From Podarcis tiliguerta (Eukaryota): a DNA stretch of 64,000 nucleotides. Below, piece after piece: positions 38,541 to 49,839 of the stretch. The DNA is taken from NCBI GenBank assembly GCA_965153285.1, contig OZ229115.1. One strand, written 5' to 3'. Each line of letters starts with the position of its first letter. Within the stretch, counting starts at the first letter, position 1. A program made the position numbers and the translations under genes. The notes below the pieces were generated by a model. It was not told the DNA's origin and ran no database searches. It was given only the letters and a program-made list of their open reading frames with translations.

Positions 38541-38588
38541 GGATTTGGTGCAGAAAGAAAGATCCGTCAAGCTGGTGTTATCGACTAA
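38541..38588 (+). CDS. CSDE1: CSDE1 last coding exon
   Basis: GFGAERKIRQAGVID-TAA; the 18 core exons sum to 2391 nt = 796 aa plus stop. Confidence 0.96.
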   Translation, partial: GFGAERKIRQAGVID

Positions 38589-39855
38589 CTGGTCTCAAAG
38601 CAAATAACTATGTTGGAGCAAGTGGTGGGGTCTGGTGAAGGGTACTGAATATCCCCATATTCATCCCTTCCAAATTCTAAAGAGCTATTACACCAGTTTT
38701 AACACCTTCCTCATGTTATGTTTAAAAATAAATTGATGAAACAGTTTTAAAATATGCACAGTTGCATCCTGGAGAACCTAAGGTGGCGCCTTATAGTATC
38801 ACGTGTTAGAAGCTTTTTGAATGGTGCATTTAACGCAACTGGTAACTGCAAATCTACTTTGCCTCTTTAAGTAAACATTATAGACAGTTCTACTCTGGTA
38901 GACCTTATGAAATTCTGCACTGAAAGGATATACATCTATCTATCTATATATATATTTCCTTAATTCACATCTTGCCAAGGTGTTACAATGCCTTAGCTTT
39001 CAGTTGCTTTACTCTCTCTTAAGACAGGAGAGGTTAAGTTCCTGTTCATTCTGCTCTAGTTTTGAGGACCATATGAGGATGAATACACCAACTGTTTATA
39101 TAGAATCCTGTATGAGCACTCAAACCAGTTCCTTAAGTTGATGGCCAAATGTTAAAATGTTTTGTATGTCTCATTTAAACTAAAGTCCATATAGCAAGCA
39201 ACGTTATCTCCTAGATCACATTGAAAGTATCTTCCAGAGTAGACTTGATAGTTTTTGTAATTATCTTCAATTAGCATGCACAGTGCAGAATTTCATAAGG
39301 ATGAGGTGTGCCATCAGTGTGATAACTTAAAGATATTTAAAACAATGCACAAATTTGCTGCTGCTTAGAACACTGCAGCTTCTAAACCCAGTTTATTTTA
39401 CTGAATAAAAAATTTAAAAAGTTGTGCCTGAAGTGAATACATTTTTTTTTTTTTTTTTTGCAGCCAGCACCCAGTGTACTGTAAAAGAATACTTAGGCTT
39501 TCCATAGCTGTATTGAGACTTTCATCAAGGTGAAATAGTTGATGTCTGTGTGCTTTTTTTTTCTCCCTCCAGGCCCCTTCTCTCCCCTCCCTCCCCTTCC
39601 TCAGCCACACTTTATCAAGCGAGCAAACTAAATGATTGGTCTAAGTATTACTTTAACCAAAAAGATCAGGAGTTATTTTCTTTGAATAGAGGGCAGTACT
39701 GTGTTTTTTTCCCATGTTACCTCTATTCTCAATTTAGGGTTTTTCTTCTCTGGGAGATGCATTATCTTTGTAAAACAAACATTGCTTTCTCCAATTTTTC
39801 TGTTAATGGCGAAGAATGGAAATAGAATAAAGTTTTACTGATTTTGAAAAACTGC
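38589..39855 (+). other. CSDE1: CSDE1 3'UTR with three AATAAA signals (38727, 39404, 39826)
   Basis: Hexamers seen directly; mammalian UNR is known to use multiple polyA sites. Confidence 0.75.
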
Positions 39856-40381
39856 CTCAATCTTGTAACTCCTTCATTAAGACTATTCCTAGTCACAAAA
39901 TATACTCCATGTGGTATAGATCAGAGTTGACTAACTTCTGTATTCTCAGGCCATTCTAGACACTTTGTCCAGCCCCTGTAAGGATGATCTAGCTCAATGA
40001 AGTGCTGTAACCTACTGGTAAGGGTTTCACTGGTACAGAGCACATGTCCTTGGATGGTATGAGGTCAGATGCTGAGCACAGGTTGATAAGGAACAGTGGG
40101 TTTTTCCCCCAGGCGGGTCTCTTGCACACATCCCACAGTGAAATGGATGTCATACCAGTCACACTGGGTAGCTGGAGTTGAAATTGCCATGTCTAAGTAA
40201 AATTAGAATATGAATTAAGAATTAGAATATTTCAAGGAAAGTGTTGAGTTTTTAAAAGATAACACTTAAAACCACACTGATTGCACTTTTTTTAAAAAAA
40301 GTATAAAAGATTTCAGTTCAAACATTTTGGACTATGAGACAGAATCTTGAGATTTATGCAACATGTAAAATTAAAGATGTT

Positions 40382-40384
<3 letters not shown>

Positions 40385-40412
<28 letters not shown>
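40385..40412. repeat. (CA)n microsatellite
   Basis: Seen directly. Confidence 0.95.
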
Positions 40413-40415
<3 letters not shown>

Positions 40416-43229
40416 CTATTCAAACATCTCAGATTTGTTGTTGTTAATTTAGGGCACGTATTCCGATTAAAATTTGCCAGGAAACCTTTCTCACTGGTAT
40501 GCTGAAATCAAACTTTAACACAACAGTGTGTTTGCATTCCCCACCCCAATAAATTGCATTGCTAAACAGGCAAGCTAATCTTAAGCTTGTCAGGCAATTG
40601 CATTAGAAACTCTACACACCACCTCAATGCAGTCATTTCTTGTGCATGTGTCCTAGGGCTGTGCGTATTCCTTGTCCGCCGCTAGGCCCCAACTAGATCT
40701 GGCCTGCAAATGGATTTGGGGACCAGCCCTCATGTATAATCAGGATTTTAACCTCTATTAAATGTGCCCAGGAGTGGGAAGACAAGGAAATGCAGCATTT
40801 CCTTTCCCCTGCTCTCCTGACCAACACTGTAGAGAGCAGGACTGAACCTTCCACTCAGCAGCAGGTGAGCAAAGAGTTAATTACTGCAGTGTGCTTCACC
40901 AGCACCATCTCTGCAGGGAATGCAAAACAGATGCCTGCAGCCAGTAGGATTGCATTCTGTTCCTCAGTTGGTAAGGTTGTGCTGGGAACTGGCAAGTTCA
41001 ATTCAAAGTGCAATGTGGCAACAGTTTGAAAGCCCTTCTGCAAATTGTGTCACGCAGCTCTTCAATCTTGCAGAGGCTGCTTGCCTTCCCCTTTCCTCTT
41101 CCCCTACCCACCTGACCACTCCACTTTCTGAGATCGCCCCAATTCACTATGGATGGGCTGACTAGACACATGGCAGTCTCAACCAAATAGTCAAAGCCCA
41201 GATCTGCCCAATTCCGTTTGTGATTGGGTTTCAGTCAGATCTGGTGCACAACATTAATAAGTACATATCATCGTTGTGCTATAAAGCAGGGGTGGATGGA
41301 TTAGGTTTGTACGCTTAGAACATACAGGGGATGAGTCTACAGTACCTCTCCACAATGGTACTTTAAAACATTTCTTCCCTGCAGTATATTAGGGTTGAGA
41401 GAGTTCAGTTCTTGTCAGCCAAAATTTGGGAGTAGCTTGAGAAGTCTGTTGTGGGGAATAAATCCAACTTCAGATTTCTCTGTATTTGAACAAAAACACA
41501 TTCTTTTCCAATAAAAGTAGTCTACTTCCAATTCCATTCACGTTTTCTTTCATTTAAGCAAAACACTGCAAATTATATAGAAAAAGGGTGCCCCTTTAAA
41601 TGACTTGATATCAATTACACTTGCTAAACAATAGCAGGTACCAATATTCCACTGGGAACAATGCAATATGATGTCTATTAGATTAGATAAACCAAAATGT
41701 CACAAAGATACTAGCATGCCATCAACTTCAGAACTCTCTAAATAAGCCAAAGGCGTTGTCTGAAAGCTTACTTTATTTGGAAGGTGGGGGGTTGGTAGGC
41801 AGGAATACTCCTAGGAAAAGCATCATATATCTTCAAATAATGGTACCAAGTGATTAGTTACTTCCATAGCTGATACATCCTCATCATGGGTGGTATTCAA
41901 CTAAATTTTACACCAAGCAGATGTGCTGAAATTAATGTACCTAACTTAATCTCATGTTTGTTAATTTCGATGGGTCTATGCTTGATTAAAACTGAATTTT
42001 TCTACTAACCATAAATCCTTTCTACAATGAAATGATCAGACTGATAAATGAGTTCATAGACACAGATTCTGACACAGATTCTCAGTGTGTAGTATATATG
42101 CAGCTATTTGTTTATACAAAGTATAAGTGCTTTGGTAAAAACTGATCACTCTAAAGTTGGTCAACATGTCTAGCATGTTGCCAACTAGATGTTTCCAGAA
42201 AGCACAAGAACAGAAATCAATAACAGACTCCTGTTCTGGTGCATGTGTGTACACAATGTAGCTGCTATTACTTTCTCTGAACAGTTTTGAATTAATGTTT
42301 TATTTATTAAATAAAATTTATACACTGCTTGATTGTAAAAAAAACCCTCAAAGTAGTTTACATAGGATATTGTTAATTATATTGTAAGAAAGTAACTTTA
42401 TTTTGGCTATCCTGAATTTAATGAATTTCAGCTTCATTATGTAACTGATTTCAAGTGTTTGTGGATAAAGGTTCTCTTTATTCACTATCTCTATACATGA
42501 TTTCGTAAAACACTTGCTTATGTTAGGCATATATACTATTTTTGCTATAATGGTGATCACTGGGTGCCCACTGTGATTTTACAAGTGTCATAAAGTACCT
42601 ATTGGTCATTATGGGTTGGGTGTTTGGTGTAAAATATGTGTTTTCAGTATAGTATCTCCCCCTCTCCTATCTTAAGAGGCTTGACTAGAAGCCAAGTCTA
42701 GCTGGATTCAGAGGTGACGGGAAAAGAACTGTAGCACTGGTCCGTTCACATAGTGAGAAAGGGGAAGAAGAGCGAGGGTGGGACACCATGCAAAGAGCAC
42801 ATTTTCACAAAAGCACACTATCTTCTAGTGAGAAGGGATTTTCCAATGGAACCCGTGCTCTGTAAGTGATAACATGTGCAAGGTCTTGCATTCAATCCCC
42901 TGCCATGACCACTTTAAAAGGGCAGCATGAGATCATAGTGAGAATATGTAGCAGCGGCTACAATGGACACACAGGGCAGGGATGATGATGTTGGCCTCCA
43001 TCTGCCTGGAGAATGGAGTGTGACTCAGGGTGAAGTCCAACCGCTGCAAAGTGACCTCCCCAGGGCGCAAGCTTGGGCATTGTGTATGGAGGTCTTGGGC
43101 TGCCCAGACGACAAAGCCTCCGTCCCAGTTTTGCTGATGTAGCCCAAATGATGATGATGATACCCCGCCCATCTGGCTGGGTTTCCCTAGGAAAGCAGAG
43201 CACTATGTTTGGGACTAGCTTGGCCGTAG

Positions 43230-44160
43230 GAGGTGCAGCTAAGCTGGTGCAGGAGGTGGCGGCGTACAAGGCGCCATCCAACCATCTTAGGAATCCTACT
43301 CCCGATCCGTCTAGTCCAACAACAGACGAAAGGCTACAGTTCAGCGCCACCTGGCTCCATAAGCCACTGCTGTGGTCCTGAAGAAAGCGACTTCCATCAA
43401 CTCCCGGGGGCTGGAGCGGGCATTGCGTTTGGCTTAGGAGTCCTCTCGGAAAGAATCCGGCGCTGTCCTTCCTTCCTACTTGCCGCAACTGCGGTGGGAA
43501 GCGTCGTCCCGCGAGCCCTCCTCCCACCCTGCTCTCGCCAGGCAGCAGGACAACAACACCCATCCGCCCAGCGCTCCCTGCGGAGCCCTTGCTTTCAGTT
43601 AGCCCCGCCCAAGCGAGCGACGTCTCCGAATGCTTCCGGCGCCAGGGGATGACGTCAACCGTACGGCGGGTCGGAAGGACCGATCTTGAGAAGGGCGTTC
43701 TGGCGGCTGCGGAGCCTGGAAGTGAGGTGAGAGGCGAGTCGTAACAAGGAAAGGGGGAGGCAGGGCAGCCCCGTCTCCCCTTCGGGCTGAGGGGCTGGTC
43801 GGGAAGGTGCGGCGCGGTCTTTCTCCGCCTGGTGCCGGGAGACGCTGCCATGGGCGGCTCTTGGTTCTCTGCCCGGGTTGGGTGTGCCCATCCCTTCCGC
43901 TGGAGCTGCTTCTCCCCTGGACTTCCATGCGGGCTGCTGGGGGCTCTATCTCAGCGGCTCTATCCGTTTGGGGGCCGGCAGCCTGAGGGCTTGGTGGGCG
44001 ACCCCCTTTCGCTGCCCTGCTCGTATGGGGAATGGTCCTCGGGGGGCTGCCCGGCTGCCCTTGGTGGTCCCAAGGCGTGCAGAGAGATGGGGTGTTGGGG
44101 CTCGCCTTTGCCCCCCTCTGGACATCAGATGGTGGCAGTCGCAGGCTAGACGCGAGTGAA
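43230..44160 (+). promoter_or_regulatory. NRAS: NRAS CpG-island promoter and non-coding exon 1 (probable donor GAG|gtgaga at 43726/43727)
   Basis: CpG rich; GC box GCCCCGCCC 43602-43610, ETS-type CTTCCGG 43633-43639, palindromic CRE TGACGTCA 43650-43657. Confidence 0.82.
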
Positions 44161-44640
44161 CGTAAGAAGAGCCCTGTTGATGGATCAGGCCAGTGGTCCG
44201 TCTAGTAGTCTAACATCCTGTACCCACAGTGGCAGGACAGGTGCCTGTGGGAAGCCCGAAAGCAGGACACGGGCGCAACAGCACTCTGCCCACCTGCGAT
44301 TCCCAGCCGCTAGTACAGTGATACCTCAGGTTGCATATGCTTCAGGTTACATATGCTTCAGGTTACAGACTCCACTAACCCAGAAATATTACCTCGGGTT
44401 AAGAACTTTGCTTCAGGATGAGAACAGAAGTTGTGCTCCGGTGGCGCGGCAGCAGCAGGAGGCCCCATTAGCTAAAGTGGTGCTTCAGGTTAAGAACAGT
44501 TTCAGGTTAAGAATGGACCTCCGGAACGAATTAAGTACTTAACCCGAGGTACCACTGTATTTGGAGGCGCACCGAATGCTGTCAGTGGAGGTGGAAGATA
44601 GCCATTGTGGCTTGATAGCTTTCTCTGCCACAAGTTTGTG
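44159..44640 (-). mobile_element. LINE (CR1-like) 3'-end fragment interrupted by a MITE
   Basis: AACGTAAGAAGAGCCCTG..GGATCAGGCCAGTGGTCC..; related fragments at about 22060-22145 and 10990-11100; family assignment from recognition only. Confidence 0.55.
44316..44557. mobile_element. Tc1/mariner (Tigger-like) MITE
   Basis: TA|CAGTGATACCTCAGGTT...AACCCGAGGTACCACTG|TA. Confidence 0.9.
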
Positions 44641-46056
44641 TCCTGAAATGTTTACATTTTGACACTAGACACCGCCTAAATCTATTCACTGTATGCTCTG
44701 TATTGAAACAACATTTCTGTTTATAAAATCATTTGTATGCTAGCCTTCTGTGCAAAGCCATCCAGTGCAGACTGCGACACCATAAAACCGTACATATACA
44801 AAATATAACAGCAGCAGTATTTGCAGCCATTAAAAATCCTACGCTACTTAAAAACAGTTTAAAAAATCAGTATAAATTGCTAATAGACAGAACTCTCTGC
44901 ACCAAAATTACCAATTCTAAAAGAGCAACCTTTAAGAGAAATTGGACCACAAGAGAAGTTTTTAGGGACGACATAATGTTGAGGCCATACAAATCTGCTA
45001 ACCACACATGTCAGCTGCACTTCAAACTACAAATTTTGATGTCACACCTCAGGAAATGCAATACAACCTGAGGCCAGTTGTACCTCTCTATCCAGATCAG
45101 TCAGATTCCCCATTCAGAGCAGCTCTATGTTATCTGAATTGAGTTTCAGCTGGGTTATCGCCATCCATCTCAAGATTGTCTCCAGTTTCCTATTCAGAAA
45201 TCATTTACATATTTTTCATCTTATTCTCACATCAGTTTAGGTTGTGCAGTAGCTTGCCCAGCACCACCCAGTAACTTTCTTTCCACTGTAAAAGTTCCTT
45301 AGTGGACTTATGCAAGCTGCTGCTCAACCTAAACTGCTTCACAGTGTTGTGATAATAAGGGGACCCTCGGGCCCAGGGGCCATATGTGTCTCTCCAGGCC
45401 TCTCTACCTGGCCCACAAGACTCTTCCTAGGCCACACAGACTCCCGAGCCACACCCCTCCTTAAATATTTTTGCCTGTCTGGAATGTGCCTTTCACTTCT
45501 GATAACATTTCTTGTTTGCCTGGCTGGAATTAAGAGAGGGATGTGTAACTTACAGTACAAACATATATCTACAGTTGCTACCCCCACTAATATTCTGGCC
45601 GTGCTCACTACTGGCATGTGGCCCCAGGCAGGTTGCCATGAAGGGAATGTGGCCAGAGGCTGACCAAGCTTCTCCACTCCTGTGGTAGAGAATGGATTTG
45701 AGCCAGTGGCTACCTAGGCTAATAGTGCAATCCTGTGCGTGCCTACTCATAAGTAAACTCCACAGAACTTTCAGGTAAATATGTACAATATTGCAGCCCA
45801 GGTGTAGGATCTTACTTATTATCTTACACTGCTGAGCCTGTATTGGGGGGGGGGGGGGTCCAGATCAATCATCCATGAATTCTCAGACTGGGTTTGGCCT
45901 TGTTTTGTTTAATTTAACATCTGCCTTTGAGCCTGTGGTAAAGCCCTCTAGGTGACTACTACAGTACCAAACATGGGTGTTCAGAATTTTTATTCTGTCT
46001 CTGCATTTGCTATGTGTTTCTGAAAGACACTCTCTCAGAGATCTTGGCTCCGCTAA

Positions 46057-46260
<204 letters not shown>

Positions 46261-47035
46261 TGAACCTATGTTTCTTGTGTTTGCTTTGCTACCAGCATAC
46301 AAGAGGTGCAGCATCCTGTCATCAGTGCTAAGTGTTAGAAACCCAGAGTCTCACACTCATTAAACTTATCCCATCTTTAGAGAAGTGGACAGAAAATATG
46401 GATTCATTTATCCTTAAAATATCAGAAAGCTCAGAACTTTTTTTGCAAAAGTATTGATATTTTTTCAAATCTGCTTAACTGTTAATCAGTGGTATCTTTT
46501 TAAATCATTGAAATCAGTGGGATTAAATTACTGTAGTTATGCTAGCATAAATCCATTGGTTCCAATGGATCTACTCTGAGTATGATTTAGCCACCCAGTA
46601 TGTGTAACCAAATTAAAATATTTGAGTTTTGGGAATTATTTGGCAAAGAATTGGGAGAGATTGGGGGCAGAGGTTGCTGCAGGATTAAAAGGATGAGGGA
46701 CAGAGCTCTCCCAGAACTGGGACACAGATTCCTCCCTTGTTCTAAGTTTGGTTTCTGGAACTTTACCAGAAACTCCCATGTTTTCAAAATCTCAACTGAT
46801 GTCTTTTCTTGTTTGAAAAGAGATTGTGAGGTTCTTCAGTTGACTGAACAAATAGCCCGTAAACAGGCATGTGTGGAATCCCCCAACAGCTCATGCTTCT
46901 GGAAGCATGTCATCCTTTAAATCACCAAATACAGTAAAGACTGGAGAAGGGCTGATTTCGAAACTGTGGATCCTCACAGTGTGTTGAAGTGTGTGGCAAA
47001 CAGGATTTGGTGGATCAGATCGTGCTTAGTCCTGA

Positions 47036-47236
<201 letters not shown>

Positions 47237-47981
47237 TAAGCTGTGCTTGCAGGAAGGACGTGGGAAAGGCACAGCTGCGTGCTAGTGCTGAGCCAAAATC
47301 CACCGTGGCCCTTGAATAGACTGCATTGCTAAAGCAGTTGGTAGTCATGTCTAAAACAGAGATGGTAACTGGATCCTGCCAGCAGGTCAGATCCTGACCT
47401 CCTCCAACCCCCATAGACTGTTTTGACAATTAGGTGAGGGCTGCCCACCTGTCAGTCAGCTGCTATCTGATAAAGCATTTTCATTTGCCTGTGTGGTTTG
47501 AAATCAAACTGCGCATTCAAAAGCTCAGGAGTTTATGTACAGCTGAATATGCTGTTCAACAGGTTTTTGCTCAGAAATCAATCAAATACCATTACTTGAT
47601 CAAAATAGTTCTGGAGAAATAGGGGACCATTGTGATAGCTGCCCTGGCGTAGGAGGGGATGGAGAGGATCATACTTAGGTGAATGAAAGGATGGTTGGAG
47701 CACCTTTCTGTTCTCATTACCTGGTTCATATAGTTAATGGTATGCTGATTTGACTTCTATCCCACTTTCAATTCAGAAGGACAGCTTATATAAAATTATG
47801 CAATCATGTGATATCATAAGGCTACCTTATGGCATTGCTCTGAACTGCAGGATTTTTCATTATCTGAAGTCAGAAGAGAAGCAGCCAGGTGCAGCTGCTG
47901 TGTTTTGGGACCAATGGCAATTTGAACAACATGTAAAATTGAAACATAGAGGCTGTGATCTCTTCCCACCCATTTCTCCAG

Positions 47982-48141
47982 AGAACAGATTAAAAGAGTG
48001 AAAGATTCTGAAGACGTACCAATGGTGTTAGTGGGAAACAAATGTGACTTGCCAACACGGACAGTAGATACCAAACAAGCTCATGAAGTAGCCAAGAGCT
48101 ATGGGATTCCCTTCATTGAGACGTCTGCCAAAACGAGACAG
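47982..48141 (+). CDS. NRAS: NRAS coding exon 3
   Basis: [53 protein letters not shown]; NKxD and SAK motifs. Confidence 0.99.
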
Positions 48142-49103
48142 GTAATGGATTCTTGTGCTTCTGCTTTGCTCTCTTGAGAACTGCCAGCACTGTTCTGGTA
48201 CACTGATTGAGAAGCCAGCACTAGGCAGGCAGAGGGTTGGAGCTTGTTGGCAGGAGTACTATCCTATAGGCTGCATAAACTTGGAACCTTTTAAAAAAAA
48301 GAAAAAGCAAGCACACTTCCTTCATGTGAGGAGTAAGGTTCCATTGATGAAAGTGGAAGCTTATTTTAAACCCTATTTGTCATGTAGGGATGACCCTTTC
48401 TGGGGGGGAGTCACAGCTGGGGTTAACCCTTTTCTCCCCTCACCACTGCCGCAAATGCCATGCATGCAGCAATCAGGCCTGAAAAATTCAAATTAATGTC
48501 AATAGGAGGCTTTTTTCCAAGCCTACCTGATTGATGTCTTGGGGGCACGTTTGTGGCTTGGGAGGAAAGGGTTAGACTTCCATGGCACGTGTGGCACACA
48601 CCCACCCCTTTTGGGTGTGGCAATTAGGTTTCAAAAATAACAACAGCACCCTCACGTTGGCTCAAAATAAGAAGCTCTTTTTAAGCCTATTTGCCACACA
48701 GGTAGGGGTGGGCTATCTTCAAGGTAATTACAGTTAGGGAGGGAAGGATTAGCCCTCCCCCCATGTGCTGTGTAATACCCACAAAAATCACCTCCTCAAC
48801 CTCAGCTTCAGTATTTTATTTTCAAGTCCAATGGCTGCTGTTGTTCATTAGTGAATGTGAATGAATGGGGGTTGAGGTGTATGTATGTTTTTATGTGTGA
48901 ATGGGGGGTGGGTGTATATAAGGGAGAGTGAGGGGGTAAGGTTCCCCTATTTCTTGCATTGATTCTGCCGACTACTGTAATGCAGTCCCCTGCTCGGTAA
49001 ATTTGACATGAAACCTTTCAAGAGGGGTGTGTGGAGAAGGGGCAACAAAGAAATCCTAGGCCCAGAAGCACTTGTTTCTGACCAGAGTATCTTTCCCGTT
49101 CAG

Positions 49104-49223
49104 GGTGTTGAAGATGCCTTTTACACACTGGTGAGGGAGATCCGCCAATATCGGATGAAAAGACTCAACAGCAGTGAAGATGGGAATCAAGGCTGCATGG
49201 GACTCTCGTGCCTTGTGATGTGA
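49104..49223 (+). CDS. NRAS: NRAS coding exon 4 (hypervariable region, CaaX)
   Basis: [42 protein letters not shown]; C181 palmitoylation site and CaaX; four exons sum to 570 nt = 189 aa. Confidence 0.99.
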   Translation, partial: GVEDAFYTLVREIRQYRMKRLNSSEDGNQGCMGLSCLVM

Positions 49224-49839
49224 TCAGGTGGGTGGCAGTTTCTGCTAAACAAGTGATTGAGAAATATGAGGGCACAGCGTTTTTGAAGAAATCTCTTATT
49301 TTGAAGGACAGTGATAAAAACAAGTTTTGCAAAGTAGGTGTAGGAGACGGCGAGAGCCAGAAAGCTGAGTGGCAAACTGGAGAAAATGCAGATGAATACC
49401 TCGTAAGAAGGACTTGTCAGATTGCATCTTTAAAGCAGGCTCCTACAAAGCTCAAATAGAGAAAAAGGGCTTGGCAAAAATCTTTGGAAACCTCTGACAT
49501 AGGGGCTGTAGCTTCCTAATGTTAAAGTTCATGTAATAGGTGTCAGGTCTCTATAGCCTCTTTTAAAAATAGATGTTTAAATAACATAAAAATCTACCAG
49601 TTGGACTACAGTCTTTCTGACAGGGATAAAATGCCTATAGCCTGTTCCCTCTGCTCTAGCGTCATTATCCTGGGCAAACTCTACAGCTTTCTTGGTTTTT
49701 GTGGGTTTGATTCACTGGAAATTAAAGCTGCATGTGGAGTTCTCCTGGGACTCTGCTTTGGCAGTCTTAAACTTCGCCCCGTTTCTGTTATAGAGCATGT
49801 AGTGGAGCCAAACTAACACAATGTATCTCTTTGTTTCAG

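Noticed and set aside
49208-49459. Protein-like 83-aa ORF overlapping the NRAS stop, considered as an alternative RAS C-terminus
   Set aside because: Starts at GTG, different frame with stops upstream, lies in the 3'UTR intron, no CaaX or acceptor
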